This document shows positions 35,948 through 46,104 of a stretch of DNA of 64,000 bases, one piece after another; the stretch's first letter is position 1, and each line of letters starts with the position of its first letter. The notes under the pieces are model-generated. The model ran no database searches and was not told the origin of the DNA. It worked only from the letters and a program-made list of their open reading frames with translations. The position numbers and the translations under genes are program-made. Where the stretch lies: the NCBI GenBank assembly GCA_049320885.1, contig JBMORA010000063.1, positions 1-64,000 of the forward strand. Direction: 5' to 3'. This DNA comes from Thermodesulfobacteriota bacterium. Lineage in GTDB: Bacteria; Desulfobacterota; Desulfobacteria; Desulfobacterales; SURF-7.

Positions 35948-38233
35948 TCACATCTCCGCCAACAGCCTTTTCGCATCGTCAGCCTGATCGAAATTCGGAT
36001 CCAATTCAAGAGCTTCCATCAGCTCTTTTTTTGCAAGGCCGACTTCTCCCTTGGCATGATACGCCAACCCCAAGTGATACCGGATGATGGGGTTCTTAGG
36101 TAGTTTTTCAATACTGCCCGCCAATTCTCTGATGGCGCTGTCGAACAACCCCTTTTTATAATAAACCAGGCCGAGCGTATCCATTACGCCCGGATCGTCC
36201 GGCAACTTTTCCCTGGCCATCTGAGCGTACCCCAGGGCGATATCCAGCTCCTTTCCTTGTGTAGCCAGCAGATATGCCAGGTTGTTGGCCGCCGGCGCAA
36301 AATCAGGCCTGATCCGGATGGCTTCGCGATAATGTTTTTCCGATTCGGCGGTCTTTTTCTGCATATCATATATGGTTCCGAGCAGCATATGAATCCCGAC
36401 CTGATCCGGTTTTTTCTCCAACGCAGCCTGGTATTGGGCAACGGCCTTGTCGACCTCCTTTTCCTGCAGGTATATGCGGGCCAACGAGAAATAGGATTGC
36501 AGATAGTCCGGATTCTTCTGTAATGAATCCTGGAAAGACTTCTCCGCATTGGGACGGTCTTTTTTGGCCCAATACAGCTCTCCCTTCAAATTCAAAACCA
36601 AGGATTGGAGCACCGGTGACTCCCCCACGACTTCCAGTTGTTTCTCACATCGATCCAAAGCCTGGTCATATTTCTTCTGGGAAGCGAGGGACAATACAAG
36701 TTGGGTGAATACATCCATCAGTTTCGGATTGATGGAAAGCGCTTTTTCGAAAGCATCCATCGCCTCCGTGTATTTCTGCTGCAATCGGTAGACAACCCCC
36801 AACCGATAGTATCCGGAAGGATTCCGGGGGTCCATCCGGGTCAGGGATTCAAAAGACGTCTTTGCTTTTTCCAGGTCGCCCTGGTCGAAGTGGATACGAC
36901 CGCCGAGCAACGCCGCCTGATAGTTGTCCGGATGTTTTTCCAAAACCGCCTGGAGCTCTTGCTGGGCATGTTTGAAATCCCTTTTCGCCAGGTAGGTTTC
37001 TGCAAGCAGTACTTTGGATTTGATGAAGCGTGGATTCAATTGCACCGCCTTGTTCAGCGCTTCCTGGGCGAGCCCGATATCCCCTTTGCCGAAATAGGCC
37101 ACCCCCATGAAATACCGGGCAAGAAATGAATCGGGGTCTTCCTTGATGATCTCCTCATAACCGGCAATGGCTTTATCAAATTCCCGACGGATGACGGCGA
37201 TTTCAGCCTGCAGCATCCTCGCCGGCAGGTATTTCGGCCTTTTCCCAAGCATTTCCTTGACCAGGGATTCCGACTGCTCAATTTCCAGATTGTCCATATG
37301 ATACCGGGCAACGGCTTCCAGAATACGGATATTGTCCGGCTCGATCGAAACAGCCTGTTTGTACATTTTCTCCGCTTCGTCGTTGCGTCCGATGGAGTGA
37401 TAAAATGCGGCCGCTATCATATAAGGCCTGACGCCTTCCTGGTTCCTGGCGATGGCGTTTTGAAATGCCTCCTCGGCTTTCTGGTTTTCAAACCTTGCCG
37501 CATAAAAGTTACCCAGTATCAGATACAAATCCTGGTCTTCCGGATTTTTTTCGATCGTCTTCAGCAGGCTCGTTTCCGCCGCCGCGAAGTCTTTTTTCTC
37601 CATGTATAAGCTGAAAAGCGCCATCTGGAGATTCAATTCTTCCGGATTTTTCTCAATCGCCTGTCTAATAAGAGCTTCCGCCTCCTCAAATTTATCTTCC
37701 ATCATGTTCAAACGTGACAGTCCCAATATGGCATTGATCTGACCGGGGTCAATGGACAGAACCTCCTGATAAGTTCTTTTTGCGGCCTCTTTGTCCCCTT
37801 CATGGGTCGACAAACCGGCTTTCAGCAACAGGGCTTTTGTATTTTTCGGCTCTTTCTGCAGAATAAATTCAATTTTTTCCTTTGCTTCCTCCGGCTTTTT
37901 TCCCAGTACCAGAAAAGTGGCGATTTTGCTCTGCGCGTCGAGATGATCCGGCTTGAGTTTGATAACCGATCCGAATGCGCTATACGCGCCCTGGGGGTCA
38001 CTCAACTTCAGACAGGTCTCACCCAGATACCAATATGCATCGGCGAATTTCGGATCGATCTGGATCGCATTTTTAAATTCCAGCTTGGCACTCTTGTACT
38101 CTCCTTTATCAAAATAGGTCTTGCCTCGTTCATAATGAGCAATTTTCTTTTTCTCATCGGATGTACATGCCGTGATGAAAAGAACGAGGCCGATCACTGC
38201 GACAACATATGGAATCCAACGTTTCATTCCCAT
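35948..38233 (-). CDS. Multi-TPR lipoprotein (PrsT-like)
   Basis: Lipobox ITAC, TPRs throughout, C-terminal NNLAYLL...DTLGLVYY...YHLG. Confidence 0.88.
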   Translation of the reverse strand: MGMKRWIPYVVAVIGLVLFITACTSDEKKKIAHYERGKTYFDKGEYKSAKLEFKNAIQIDPKFADAYWYLGETCLKLSDPQGAYSAFGSVIKLKPDHLDAQSKIATFLVLGKKPEEAKEKIEFILQKEPKNTKALLLKAGLSTHEGDKEAAKRTYQEVLSIDPGQINAILGLSRLNMMEDKFEEAEALIRQAIEKNPEELNLQMALFSLYMEKKDFAAAETSLLKTIEKNPEDQDLYLILGNFYAARFENQKAEEAFQNAIARNQEGVRPYMIAAAFYHSIGRNDEAEKMYKQAVSIEPDNIRILEAVARYHMDNLEIEQSESLVKEMLGKRPKYLPARMLQAEIAVIRREFDKAIAGYEEIIKEDPDSFLARYFMGVAYFGKGDIGLAQEALNKAVQLNPRFIKSKVLLAETYLAKRDFKHAQQELQAVLEKHPDNYQAALLGGRIHFDQGDLEKAKTSFESLTRMDPRNPSGYYRLGVVYRLQQKYTEAMDAFEKALSINPKLMDVFTQLVLSLASQKKYDQALDRCEKQLEVVGESPVLQSLVLNLKGELYWAKKDRPNAEKSFQDSLQKNPDYLQSYFSLARIYLQEKEVDKAVAQYQAALEKKPDQVGIHMLLGTIYDMQKKTAESEKHYREAIRIRPDFAPAANNLAYLLATQGKELDIALGYAQMAREKLPDDPGVMDTLGLVYYKKGLFDSAIRELAGSIEKLPKNPIIRYHLGLAYHAKGEVGLAKKELMEALELDPNFDQADDAKRLLAEM

Positions 38234-38329
38234 TCCTCCAGGTTAAAAATCATCCGCTTTGGATAACATTTTTTATATCATAACAGGATGTAGGAAATTG
38301 CCCGGCAATCCCGGATGATGGCTCAACAT

Positions 38330-39307
38330 TCATTTCCGGTATTGATCATTGGATAATATCTGTTTGCTGAAATACGCGATGGTTTTTTTCAATCCTTCCT
38401 CAAGTGACACAACCGGTCTCCAATTCAACACCGTCATTGCCTTGGTAATATCCGGCCGTCTTTTGACCGGGTCGTTCTCCGGCAGGGCCTTGAAAACGAT
38501 GCTGGATTTCGATCCTGTCAGCCGCAAAATCATTTCCGCTGCTTCCAGAATCGAAAATTCCGTCGGATTCCCCAAATTGATCGGACCGATAATATCATCA
38601 GGAGTGTCCATCATACGGATCATGCCCTCGATCAACTCATCCACATAGCAGAAGGAGCGCGTCTGGCTGCCATCCCCGTATATGGTGATATCCTCACCGG
38701 TTAACGCCTGAATAACAAAATTGCTGATAACCCGTCCGTCGTCCGGGTGCATTCTGGGCCCATAGGTGTTGAAAATACGAATCACCTTGATCCGGATATT
38801 GTGTTGACGGTGATAATCGAAAAACAGCGTTTCCGCGCAACGTTTTCCTTCATCGTAGCAAGCCCGGGGTCCAATGGGGTTGGTGTTTCCCCAATAGCCT
38901 TCCGGTTGGGGATGCACCGTGGGATCACCGTATACCTCACTGGTGGACGCCTGCAATATCTTGGCTTTGATCCGCTTGGCAAGGCCCAGGATATTGATGG
39001 CCCCGTGAACGCTGGTCTTGATCGTCTGCACCGGATCGAACTGATAATGAACCGGTGACGCCGGGCACGCCAGGTTATAGATTTCATCAACCTCACAATA
39101 GAGGGGGAAGGTGACGTCATGCCGCTGCAACTCGAAATACGGATTTGGCAGCAAATGGGCAATATTCGATTTGCGGCTGGTGAAAAAATTGTCGACGCAG
39201 ATGACTTCGTTTCCATCTGTTATCAACCGTTCACACAAGTGGGAACCCAAGAAACCGGCACCTCCGGTAACAAGTACGCGTCTTTTGTCAAATTTGGTCC
39301 GCCTCAT
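38330..39307 (-). CDS. uxs: UDP-glucuronic acid decarboxylase (UDP-xylose synthase)
   Basis: [41 protein letters not shown]. Confidence 0.92.
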   Translation of the reverse strand: MRRTKFDKRRVLVTGGAGFLGSHLCERLITDGNEVICVDNFFTSRKSNIAHLLPNPYFELQRHDVTFPLYCEVDEIYNLACPASPVHYQFDPVQTIKTSVHGAINILGLAKRIKAKILQASTSEVYGDPTVHPQPEGYWGNTNPIGPRACYDEGKRCAETLFFDYHRQHNIRIKVIRIFNTYGPRMHPDDGRVISNFVIQALTGEDITIYGDGSQTRSFCYVDELIEGMIRMMDTPDDIIGPINLGNPTEFSILEAAEMILRLTGSKSSIVFKALPENDPVKRRPDITKAMTVLNWRPVVSLEEGLKKTIAYFSKQILSNDQYRK

Positions 39308-39393
39308 AAAGTCCTATTTCCTCGCCGTTGGTATGGTGAAATCATGAAAAAGCAGATGCCGAACCATATCGTAAGGATTGAAAACAAACAATC

Positions 39394-39436
39394 AAAAAAA
39401 GACCCCGTTATCCGGTTCAGGATAACGGGGTCTTTT
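39394..39436 (-). terminator. Rho-independent terminator of the Fn3/Ig gene
   Basis: Perfect 13-bp stem GACCCCGTTATCC / GGATAACGGGGTC flanked by A7 and T4. Confidence 0.88.
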
Positions 39437-39538
39437 GCCGCAGGGCAGGAGGTTGCATCCATTCGACGGGCGGCTACGATTCCAGACTCATCCGGCAGTA
39501 TCGTTGAAACATCTTGATCGGGCAGTCCCTGTTTTCGT

Positions 39539-41839
39539 TTACCACTTGACGACGGAGATCAGGTCTTCCACCGAGTTCCCGGCTGCATCCGTTGCCGTGA
39601 TCGTAATGTTGTTCCAGCCTTTCACAAGATTGATTTTCGCAATGGACCAGCTCGTGGTTCCCGATGCTGTTCCGCTGCCCCCCTTGGAGTTCACCCAGGT
39701 TACCTTAACAACCCCGACATTGTCGCTGGCCGTTCCGGATATGGCCACCGTCGCGCTTCTCGTGGTGTAGTATGAGCCGGTGGTCGGCAACTCGTGTCTA
39801 ATCACGGGAGGAGTTGTATCCGGTATTTTATAGGTGACGGTTTTGGTCGCTTTTCCGATATTTCCCGCCTTGTCCTTCGCGAAGACAGTGATCAGATTGT
39901 CGCCATCATACAAGGTGATGTTGCTGACGCCCCAATTCGACGTACCGGTGATGCTTCCGCTTCCTCCGCGGGAATTGGACCACCATACGGTCACAACACC
40001 GACATTGTCACTCGCCGTGCCACTGAGATTGACCGTTGCAGCGGTCGTGACATAGGGATTCCCGCTGGGTGTGGCGATCGTAACGCCAGGAACCGTGGTA
40101 TCCGGTTTGGTGTAGGTGACAACCAGATTCCGCATAGCGCTGTTGCCGGCCGCATCCAGCGCCGTAACCGAAACCGTGTTGGAACCCTCCAGCAGACCGA
40201 TTCCGGTCGCGGACCAACTCTGGGTCCCGGTCGCAGTGCCGCTGCCTCCGCTTGTAGTGGACCAGCGGACCTGCGTCACGCCCACGTTATCCGAAGCACT
40301 GCCGGATATGGCCAGGGTGGCCTGCTGCGTCTGATAGGTGCCGGTGTCGGTCGGCGACAGGATCGCAAGAACGGGGTCAATGGTATCCGGCGGGGTATAA
40401 GTTACCGTCAAAACGGATTGTCCCTGGTTACCCGCGGCATCCAGCGCCGTGACCGTGATTTTGTTCGTGCCCTCCGCGAGTGCGACCCCGGAGACGGACC
40501 AGGTGTTGGTGCCGCTGGCCGTATCGCTGCCCCCGCGATCATTGGTCCATTTCACCTGAGTGACCGCCTTGTTGTCGGATGCGGTGCCGGAAAGATTCAC
40601 GGTGGCGTTGGCGGTCTGGTATTGCCCGCTGCTCGACGGCGCGCCGATGGATACCACCGGAGCGGACACATCGGGAATGACGTAGGTCATGGTAATGGTT
40701 TTTGCACTGGCATTGCCGGCAGCGTCAGTGGCGGTAATTGTGATGACCGTGTCCCCCTCCGTCAGAGATAGATTGGAGATGGCCCAGGCGGTTGTGCCGC
40801 TTGCCGTGCCGCTGCCGTTCCGGTTATCCCGCCAGGTCACCTGGGTAACGCCGATATTGTCGGAAGCGGTCCCGGAGATGGATACGGAATTCGTCGTCGT
40901 TGTATAGGCGCCGCTGCTGGTGGGCGCCACTATCGCCAGGCTGGGACTCGTGGTGTCCGCTACCACGGACTTTCCGTAGGAAACGGTCAGGATTTTTCTC
41001 CCATAGTTGCCGGCGGCATCCTTCGCTGCTATGGTGAACACATTATCCCCGGCAAGCAGGGGGGCGTTCGATATTGACCAACTGCTTGTTCCAGTGGCCT
41101 TGCCATATCCCCCCAGGGAGTTTTTCCAGTAAACCGCCGTCACGCCGACATTGTCGCTGGCCGTGCCCGACAGGTTGACTGTCTGGCTTGTGGCGGTGTA
41201 GACATCGCTGCTGGTGGGTCTGGTGATCGCCACCACCGGCTCCGTTGCGTCCGCGGTCGACGTGATGGTCGACGTCACTTCCGTCGAATAGATGCTTTCA
41301 TTTCCAGCCGTGTCGACGGCCGTCACCGCGAAATAATATTTGGTGCCGCTTTGCAGGTTGGCGACGGTGTATGAGGTCGCTTTACCGGCCGGAATATAGG
41401 GTTGGTATTGTCCCGAGGAGGTGCCGTAATACACCCGGTATTCCCGCAGATCGCTTTCCGTGTTGGCGCTCCATTGGAGCGTCGCGGTCCCGGCCTGGCA
41501 GGATACGCCGCCGGGAGGCAGGGGAGCTGTGGAATCGGCTACGGTATAGATCACTTCATTTGAATTCGGGCCTTCACCGGCTGCATTATACGCCCGTACA
41601 ACAAAATAGTAGGTGCTTCCTTCCGTCAGGGATAAATTGGAAAGCGCATACTGCGTCACGTTGCCGACTTCCCGATTCGAAGCGTATGACCCGGATGTGG
41701 TGCCGTAATAGACCCGATACCCGGTTACTTCCCCTGTACATGCCCCCCATGAAAGGATTGCATCCGCGCAGGCGATGCTCTGTAACAGATATAAAAAAAT
41801 GAACACGCCCAGGCCGGTTACGATAGTTTTCCGTGCCAT
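39539..41839 (-). CDS. Secreted surface protein: 2 fibronectin-III domains plus 6 tandem Ig-like repeats
   Basis: Signal peptide after MARKT; two GY/EYRVYYGT..G...YYF.V.A Fn3 units; six repeats of about 95 aa with SG[TS]ASDN..V..V.W...GT..W...D[AK]AGN; very Thr/Ser-rich. Confidence 0.9.
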   Translation of the reverse strand: MARKTIVTGLGVFIFLYLLQSIACADAILSWGACTGEVTGYRVYYGTTSGSYASNREVGNVTQYALSNLSLTEGSTYYFVVRAYNAAGEGPNSNEVIYTVADSTAPLPPGGVSCQAGTATLQWSANTESDLREYRVYYGTSSGQYQPYIPAGKATSYTVANLQSGTKYYFAVTAVDTAGNESIYSTEVTSTITSTADATEPVVAITRPTSSDVYTATSQTVNLSGTASDNVGVTAVYWKNSLGGYGKATGTSSWSISNAPLLAGDNVFTIAAKDAAGNYGRKILTVSYGKSVVADTTSPSLAIVAPTSSGAYTTTTNSVSISGTASDNIGVTQVTWRDNRNGSGTASGTTAWAISNLSLTEGDTVITITATDAAGNASAKTITMTYVIPDVSAPVVSIGAPSSSGQYQTANATVNLSGTASDNKAVTQVKWTNDRGGSDTASGTNTWSVSGVALAEGTNKITVTALDAAGNQGQSVLTVTYTPPDTIDPVLAILSPTDTGTYQTQQATLAISGSASDNVGVTQVRWSTTSGGSGTATGTQSWSATGIGLLEGSNTVSVTALDAAGNSAMRNLVVTYTKPDTTVPGVTIATPSGNPYVTTAATVNLSGTASDNVGVVTVWWSNSRGGSGSITGTSNWGVSNITLYDGDNLITVFAKDKAGNIGKATKTVTYKIPDTTPPVIRHELPTTGSYYTTRSATVAISGTASDNVGVVKVTWVNSKGGSGTASGTTSWSIAKINLVKGWNNITITATDAAGNSVEDLISVVKW

Positions 41840-42034
41840 GTTGCCCCTCCCTCTGTTGGTATGGATGTTTTGCTGATATAGATATTTCATGATCGTATAG
41901 TAAGAATTTCTTTTCATAATTCCCAAAGTTTCGAAAGTTTCCCGTTGCCGGCTTCCGGTTACCGATTTTTCTCCTTCGCATTCGGTCCGGCTCTTGCCAA
42001 CCAAGCAGTGTGCCGGTATTCGACGATACAATGC

Positions 42035-42050
42035 AGCAAATTGCATGCCA
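42035..42050 (-). promoter_or_regulatory. sigma54 (-24/-12) promoter
   Basis: TGGCAT-GCAAT-TTGCT matches TGGCAC-N5-TTGCW, with an AT-rich tract upstream. Confidence 0.75.
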
Positions 42051-42630
42051 TCTTCGGTCCAACAACTTTTCCGCGCCGCCCTTCCGATTAGCCGCCACCG
42101 TCAATAACTTAAAATAATTCTAAAAATAAATCACTTAGGTTCGTATAAACAGAATCCATCCCCCATGTTCTCCCGGATTCAATGTACATGCGGAAATATT
42201 CCCGTCCACTATCCTACAGTATGCTTTTGTCCACTTCCAAAGGTCAAGCTAAATAGACACCTGTTTGGTCAAAATGACATATACCATGATTGTTTCTTCC
42301 AGCACCATCTGTATTAATTATCATACATCCGTGCCAAAAGAGAATACACCGGCCATTGGGACGATGATCCTGGGGCAGCCATGACGGGGGATACTACAGA
42401 ACCGATTGCATGCGCCGAACGAAATCGCAATTCAACTTCAGAAGGCGGTGGGACTCGGAGCAACCGCATGGGAAAAGGATTGTGGCAAGAGCATTCAAGC
42501 AATTTCAAAGCAAACAACGATCCGGACCATATCCACCTGTTGAACAGGTCGTCAATTCCTTACGGATTCCTTTTTCATATCACGGGAAAACAAAAAAAGT
42601 AAATCAAATTTCATGGTGCCCGAATCCACG

Positions 42631-43833
42631 CTACCCCGCTTCGGGACATTCCACTGGAGGGTCTGTGTTCCGAAAACCGCTTGTCCTTCCCTGTTTTTCA
42701 AATCGACTCAAGATTTCGATATGGGGTGTATGCGGAAACATGTCCAGGGGCTGAACCTCCGCCAGCATCCATTGCCGTCGACGAAGCGCGCAGGCATCAC
42801 GGACAAAGGTCCCCAGATGGCATGAAACATAATAAATTATTTGAATTTCAGGAAAAATATTCAATAATCGAGGGAAATACCGAAATCCCGCGCGGGGCGG
42901 GTCCAGGAGTAGTATCCGGGGGGATTGACAATGCCGTCGCAGCGCATGCAGATCAGGGAGATGATACAAGTCGGTCTCGAGCATTCGCACAGCGGGGAAA
43001 TCCATGGCGGTTTTCCTTCCTGCCGGACAGCCGGAAATATCCACCGCGATAATTCTGGTGAACCCCACTGCAGCCGCCGCCCGGGTAAGATTTCCATCCC
43101 CGGCGAACAGTTCCAACATGGTCTCCGAAAGAGCATGACGGCGCAACTGCTCTTTCAACCAGGTTTTGATTTTTTCGTTTTGAGGTGCATTGGCCTGCTG
43201 GAAAAAACGTCTTTCATTTATAACCAGTTGATCCGGATCGGAATTTTCGTCTATCTCAATGAAATTCCATAGGAATCCACCTTTAGGGCGCCATTGCGGG
43301 TTGGGCAGCCGGCGGCGCAGTTGATATAAGAGCCGGCGGTTTGCATCACTCAATACCAGACAATCCTTAACCGGCACCAGTATATGACTGGCCGCGGATA
43401 CAAAACCGATTTCCTCACCATCGGTTTTGAATTGAGCTCGATTGCGATACCCCCAATACCGCTCCGCCCCCAGGATGGGCTGCAAACCGGTTTCCCCCGG
43501 GGAAAAACCGGCTCTTTGCAAGGCGTGTTTCACGATCTTCTCTTTGGAGCGCAGCTGCGATTCATAGGAACCGATCATCCAGGAGCAACCACCGCAGGCA
43601 CCGTGTCCATACCCCTGATGAGGGCAGAGAGGCATCACGCGCTCCATTGACGGAACGTCCACTTCCACCACGGATGCTTTTCCGTAGCGATTGTCCATCC
43701 ATTCCACCATGAAGCTCCCCTCGTCACCGGGCCACGCGCCGGGGACAAACAATACTCCCCCATCCGGATGGTCGACAACTCCCAGTCCCTTGACGGTCAG
43801 ATCGCGAACCTTACCACGAATGATATTCCGCAT
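42631..43833 (-). CDS. rlmD: 23S rRNA m5U methyltransferase, RlmD/TrmA family with TRAM domain
   Basis: CPH...CGGC, YRNR, F.QAN, LDPPRAG, YVSC and DMFPHTPHIE. Start uncertain. Confidence 0.85.
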   Translation of the reverse strand: MRNIIRGKVRDLTVKGLGVVDHPDGGVLFVPGAWPGDEGSFMVEWMDNRYGKASVVEVDVPSMERVMPLCPHQGYGHGACGGCSWMIGSYESQLRSKEKIVKHALQRAGFSPGETGLQPILGAERYWGYRNRAQFKTDGEEIGFVSAASHILVPVKDCLVLSDANRRLLYQLRRRLPNPQWRPKGGFLWNFIEIDENSDPDQLVINERRFFQQANAPQNEKIKTWLKEQLRRHALSETMLELFAGDGNLTRAAAAVGFTRIIAVDISGCPAGRKTAMDFPAVRMLETDLYHLPDLHALRRHCQSPRILLLDPPRAGFRYFPRLLNIFPEIQIIYYVSCHLGTFVRDACALRRRQWMLAEVQPLDMFPHTPHIEILSRFEKQGRTSGFRNTDPPVECPEAG

Positions 43834-44065
43834 CCTTGTTGTTTTGCACATCCTGAACCGGTATGCAAGATGAGTGGTTTCCCCATGGATCAGGGGACGA
43901 AACAGCAGCTCGGTGATCATCCGTTCCGTCCGGTTTAATAGTCTTGACAAAAAAGTTTTCAAAACGGATAAATTACGGTGTTTTTTCATATGGCGTTCCA
44001 GAGAATTGCCGCATTCATGGATTCATGACACGGCGGCGGAAAAATCGCCTGCAAGGAGGGTAAGG

Positions 44066-45931
44066 ATGAAAGGCCGGTGTTACGGATGGATATTGTTTCT
44101 TCTTTTGGCCGAAGCACTTCCGGTCATGGCGGCTGACAGGGCCCTGGAGATCAACATGGCGGAAAACGCCAGACGCACGGCTCTGGTGATCGGCAACTCG
44201 GCCTACCCGAACGCGCCGCTGAAAAATCCGGCCAATGACGCCCGAGATATGGCCGCCGCCTTGAAAGAATGCGGCTTTACCGTAACCGTGGCCATCGACT
44301 CCGATTTGCGAAAAATGGAAGAAGTGATCAGCGATTTCGGCCGGAAGCTGCGGGAAGGCGGCGCCGGTCTTTTTTATTATGCGGGTCACGGCATCCAGAT
44401 GGAAGGCGCCAACTACCTCATCCCCGTGGACGCCGTCATCGAAACCCCCGCGGATATCCGTTATAAGGCGGTTGACGCTTCCTGGGTACTGGGGAAAATG
44501 GGCGACGCCGCCAACGGCCTCAACATCGTCATTCTGGATGCCTGCCGAAACAACCCCTTTGCCAGGGGCACCCGGGCTGTCGATCAGGGGCTTGCCAAAA
44601 TGGATGCGCCCACGGGCTCGATTATCGCCTATGCCACCGCTCCCGGATCGGTTGCGGCCGATGGTGAGGGGGAAAACGGTATTTTTACGCGCCACTTGAT
44701 GCATTTCATGCGGCAGCCCCGCTTGAAAGTGGAAGAGGTTTTCAAAAACACCCGTATGGCGGTGATGAAAGAGACGGATAACCGCCAAACGCCCTGGGAG
44801 TCGTCATCTCTAATGGGAAATTTTTATTTCAATCCCGGCGTTGCCGATGTCGCCGCTGCACCGCAACCCTCGGACGACGTTGTCCTACCCCCTGAAGCAA
44901 CGGATATCGGCAATTTCGACAAGATCCTGAAAAAGCGCGAACAGGCCAGGCAGAAATGGTCGGAATGGCAACTGGACATGACGGCCCAATACAAAAAAGC
45001 GGAAGAATATGATGGCAGCAAGCTCCTGACGCCTGCGGAAAAAATCGCTGTCTGGAACCGATTTTTAGCGGCGTATGGCCCGGACAATCCCTATTCCAGG
45101 AAAGATGATACCCTTCGACAGGCGGCCATGGAGCGCAAGGGAATATGGCAGGAAACGGCCGCCACTCCCCGGCCCAAGGAAGACAGCGTCTCCGACGCGC
45201 CGGTCAAGACCGTTCTGACCAATTCCCTGGGGATGAAATTCGTTTACATCCGGCCGGGGGTCTTCCAGATGGGCAGTCCCGGGGGGGAGGCCGGCCGGGG
45301 GAAGGACGAAACCCGCCACCAGGTAACCCTGACCCGGGGGTTTTTTCTGCAGACCACTGAAGTGACCCAGCGTCAATGGAAAAAAGTGATGGATGACAAT
45401 CCGGCGGTTTTTTCAGATTGCGGCGGGGATTGCCCGGTTGAAAACATCTCCTGGGAAGATACGCAGCAATTCATCGACAAATTGAATCAGCGGGACGGCA
45501 GGATATACCGGTTGCCGACGGAGGCCGAATGGGAATTCGCGTTCCGGGCCGGTACCCGCAAGATGTTCTATACGGGTAATTGCCTGTCCGCGGACCAGGC
45601 CAACTACGACGGGAACTTCCCCATGGACGGATGTTCCGGCGGCCCGAATCGCAAATCGATTGTCGTTGTCGGCAGTTTTCCGCCGAACCCCTGGGGCCTG
45701 TACGATATGGCCGGAAATGTATGGGAGTGGTGCCAGGACTGGTATGGAAGCTATCCCGGAGGGCCGGTTTCCGACCCCGCCGGTCCATCCTCCGGCAGTC
45801 AGCGGGTGATGCGGGGAGGTGCATGGAACAGCTACGCCGATAATTGCCGCTCGGCAAACCGCATCGGCTACGGACCCGGGGAAAAATACGGCAACTTCGG
45901 TTTCCGCCTGGCCCTCAACACGGATCGCTGA
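44066..45931 (+). CDS. Caspase (C14) domain plus FGE-sulfatase/CLec domain protein, probably secreted
   Basis: GGAGG RBS, hydrophobic N-terminus, ALVIGN..Y, YYAGHG and ILDACR dyad, QTPW; C-terminal RLPTEAEWE, YDMAGNVWEW, RGGAW, GFR. Confidence 0.92.
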   Translation: MKGRCYGWILFLLLAEALPVMAADRALEINMAENARRTALVIGNSAYPNAPLKNPANDARDMAAALKECGFTVTVAIDSDLRKMEEVISDFGRKLREGGAGLFYYAGHGIQMEGANYLIPVDAVIETPADIRYKAVDASWVLGKMGDAANGLNIVILDACRNNPFARGTRAVDQGLAKMDAPTGSIIAYATAPGSVAADGEGENGIFTRHLMHFMRQPRLKVEEVFKNTRMAVMKETDNRQTPWESSSLMGNFYFNPGVADVAAAPQPSDDVVLPPEATDIGNFDKILKKREQARQKWSEWQLDMTAQYKKAEEYDGSKLLTPAEKIAVWNRFLAAYGPDNPYSRKDDTLRQAAMERKGIWQETAATPRPKEDSVSDAPVKTVLTNSLGMKFVYIRPGVFQMGSPGGEAGRGKDETRHQVTLTRGFFLQTTEVTQRQWKKVMDDNPAVFSDCGGDCPVENISWEDTQQFIDKLNQRDGRIYRLPTEAEWEFAFRAGTRKMFYTGNCLSADQANYDGNFPMDGCSGGPNRKSIVVVGSFPPNPWGLYDMAGNVWEWCQDWYGSYPGGPVSDPAGPSSGSQRVMRGGAWNSYADNCRSANRIGYGPGEKYGNFGFRLALNTDR

Positions 45932-46104
45932 AGATGGCCGATATGCAAATTTAACCTTAAATTACAAATAGTTATAAAATGATATTTTGCTATTGACACG
46001 GGACTGTTTATGGCTCATTGTTGTCGGCATCCCATGTCAGAAAAGCAAGAACGCATCTTCGTTTTCTTCATACTCCTTTACACCCTATCGTCATGAGGTG
46101 AATT

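Noticed and set aside
39437..39538. Structured ncRNA between the Fn3/Ig gene and its terminator
   Set aside because: Only short end-pairing is visible, and I cannot match it to any RNA family by eye.
39539..41260. CRISPR-like or DNA repeat array
   Set aside because: The recurring segments are diverged in-frame Ig-domain repeats of about 285 bp within one CDS.
35948..41839. Complete PEP-CTERM/exosortase system
   Set aside because: The TPR lipoprotein is PrsT-like, but no exosortase, PrsK/PrsR or PEP-CTERM tail is present in the window.
45810..45915. Caspase-CLec 3' end as TR or second VR for the 61.5 kb locus
   Set aside because: The DNA differs from 61441-61551 at many non-adenine positions, it is not AAC-rich, several variable codons end in A/G, and no avd or pyrimidine repeat follows.
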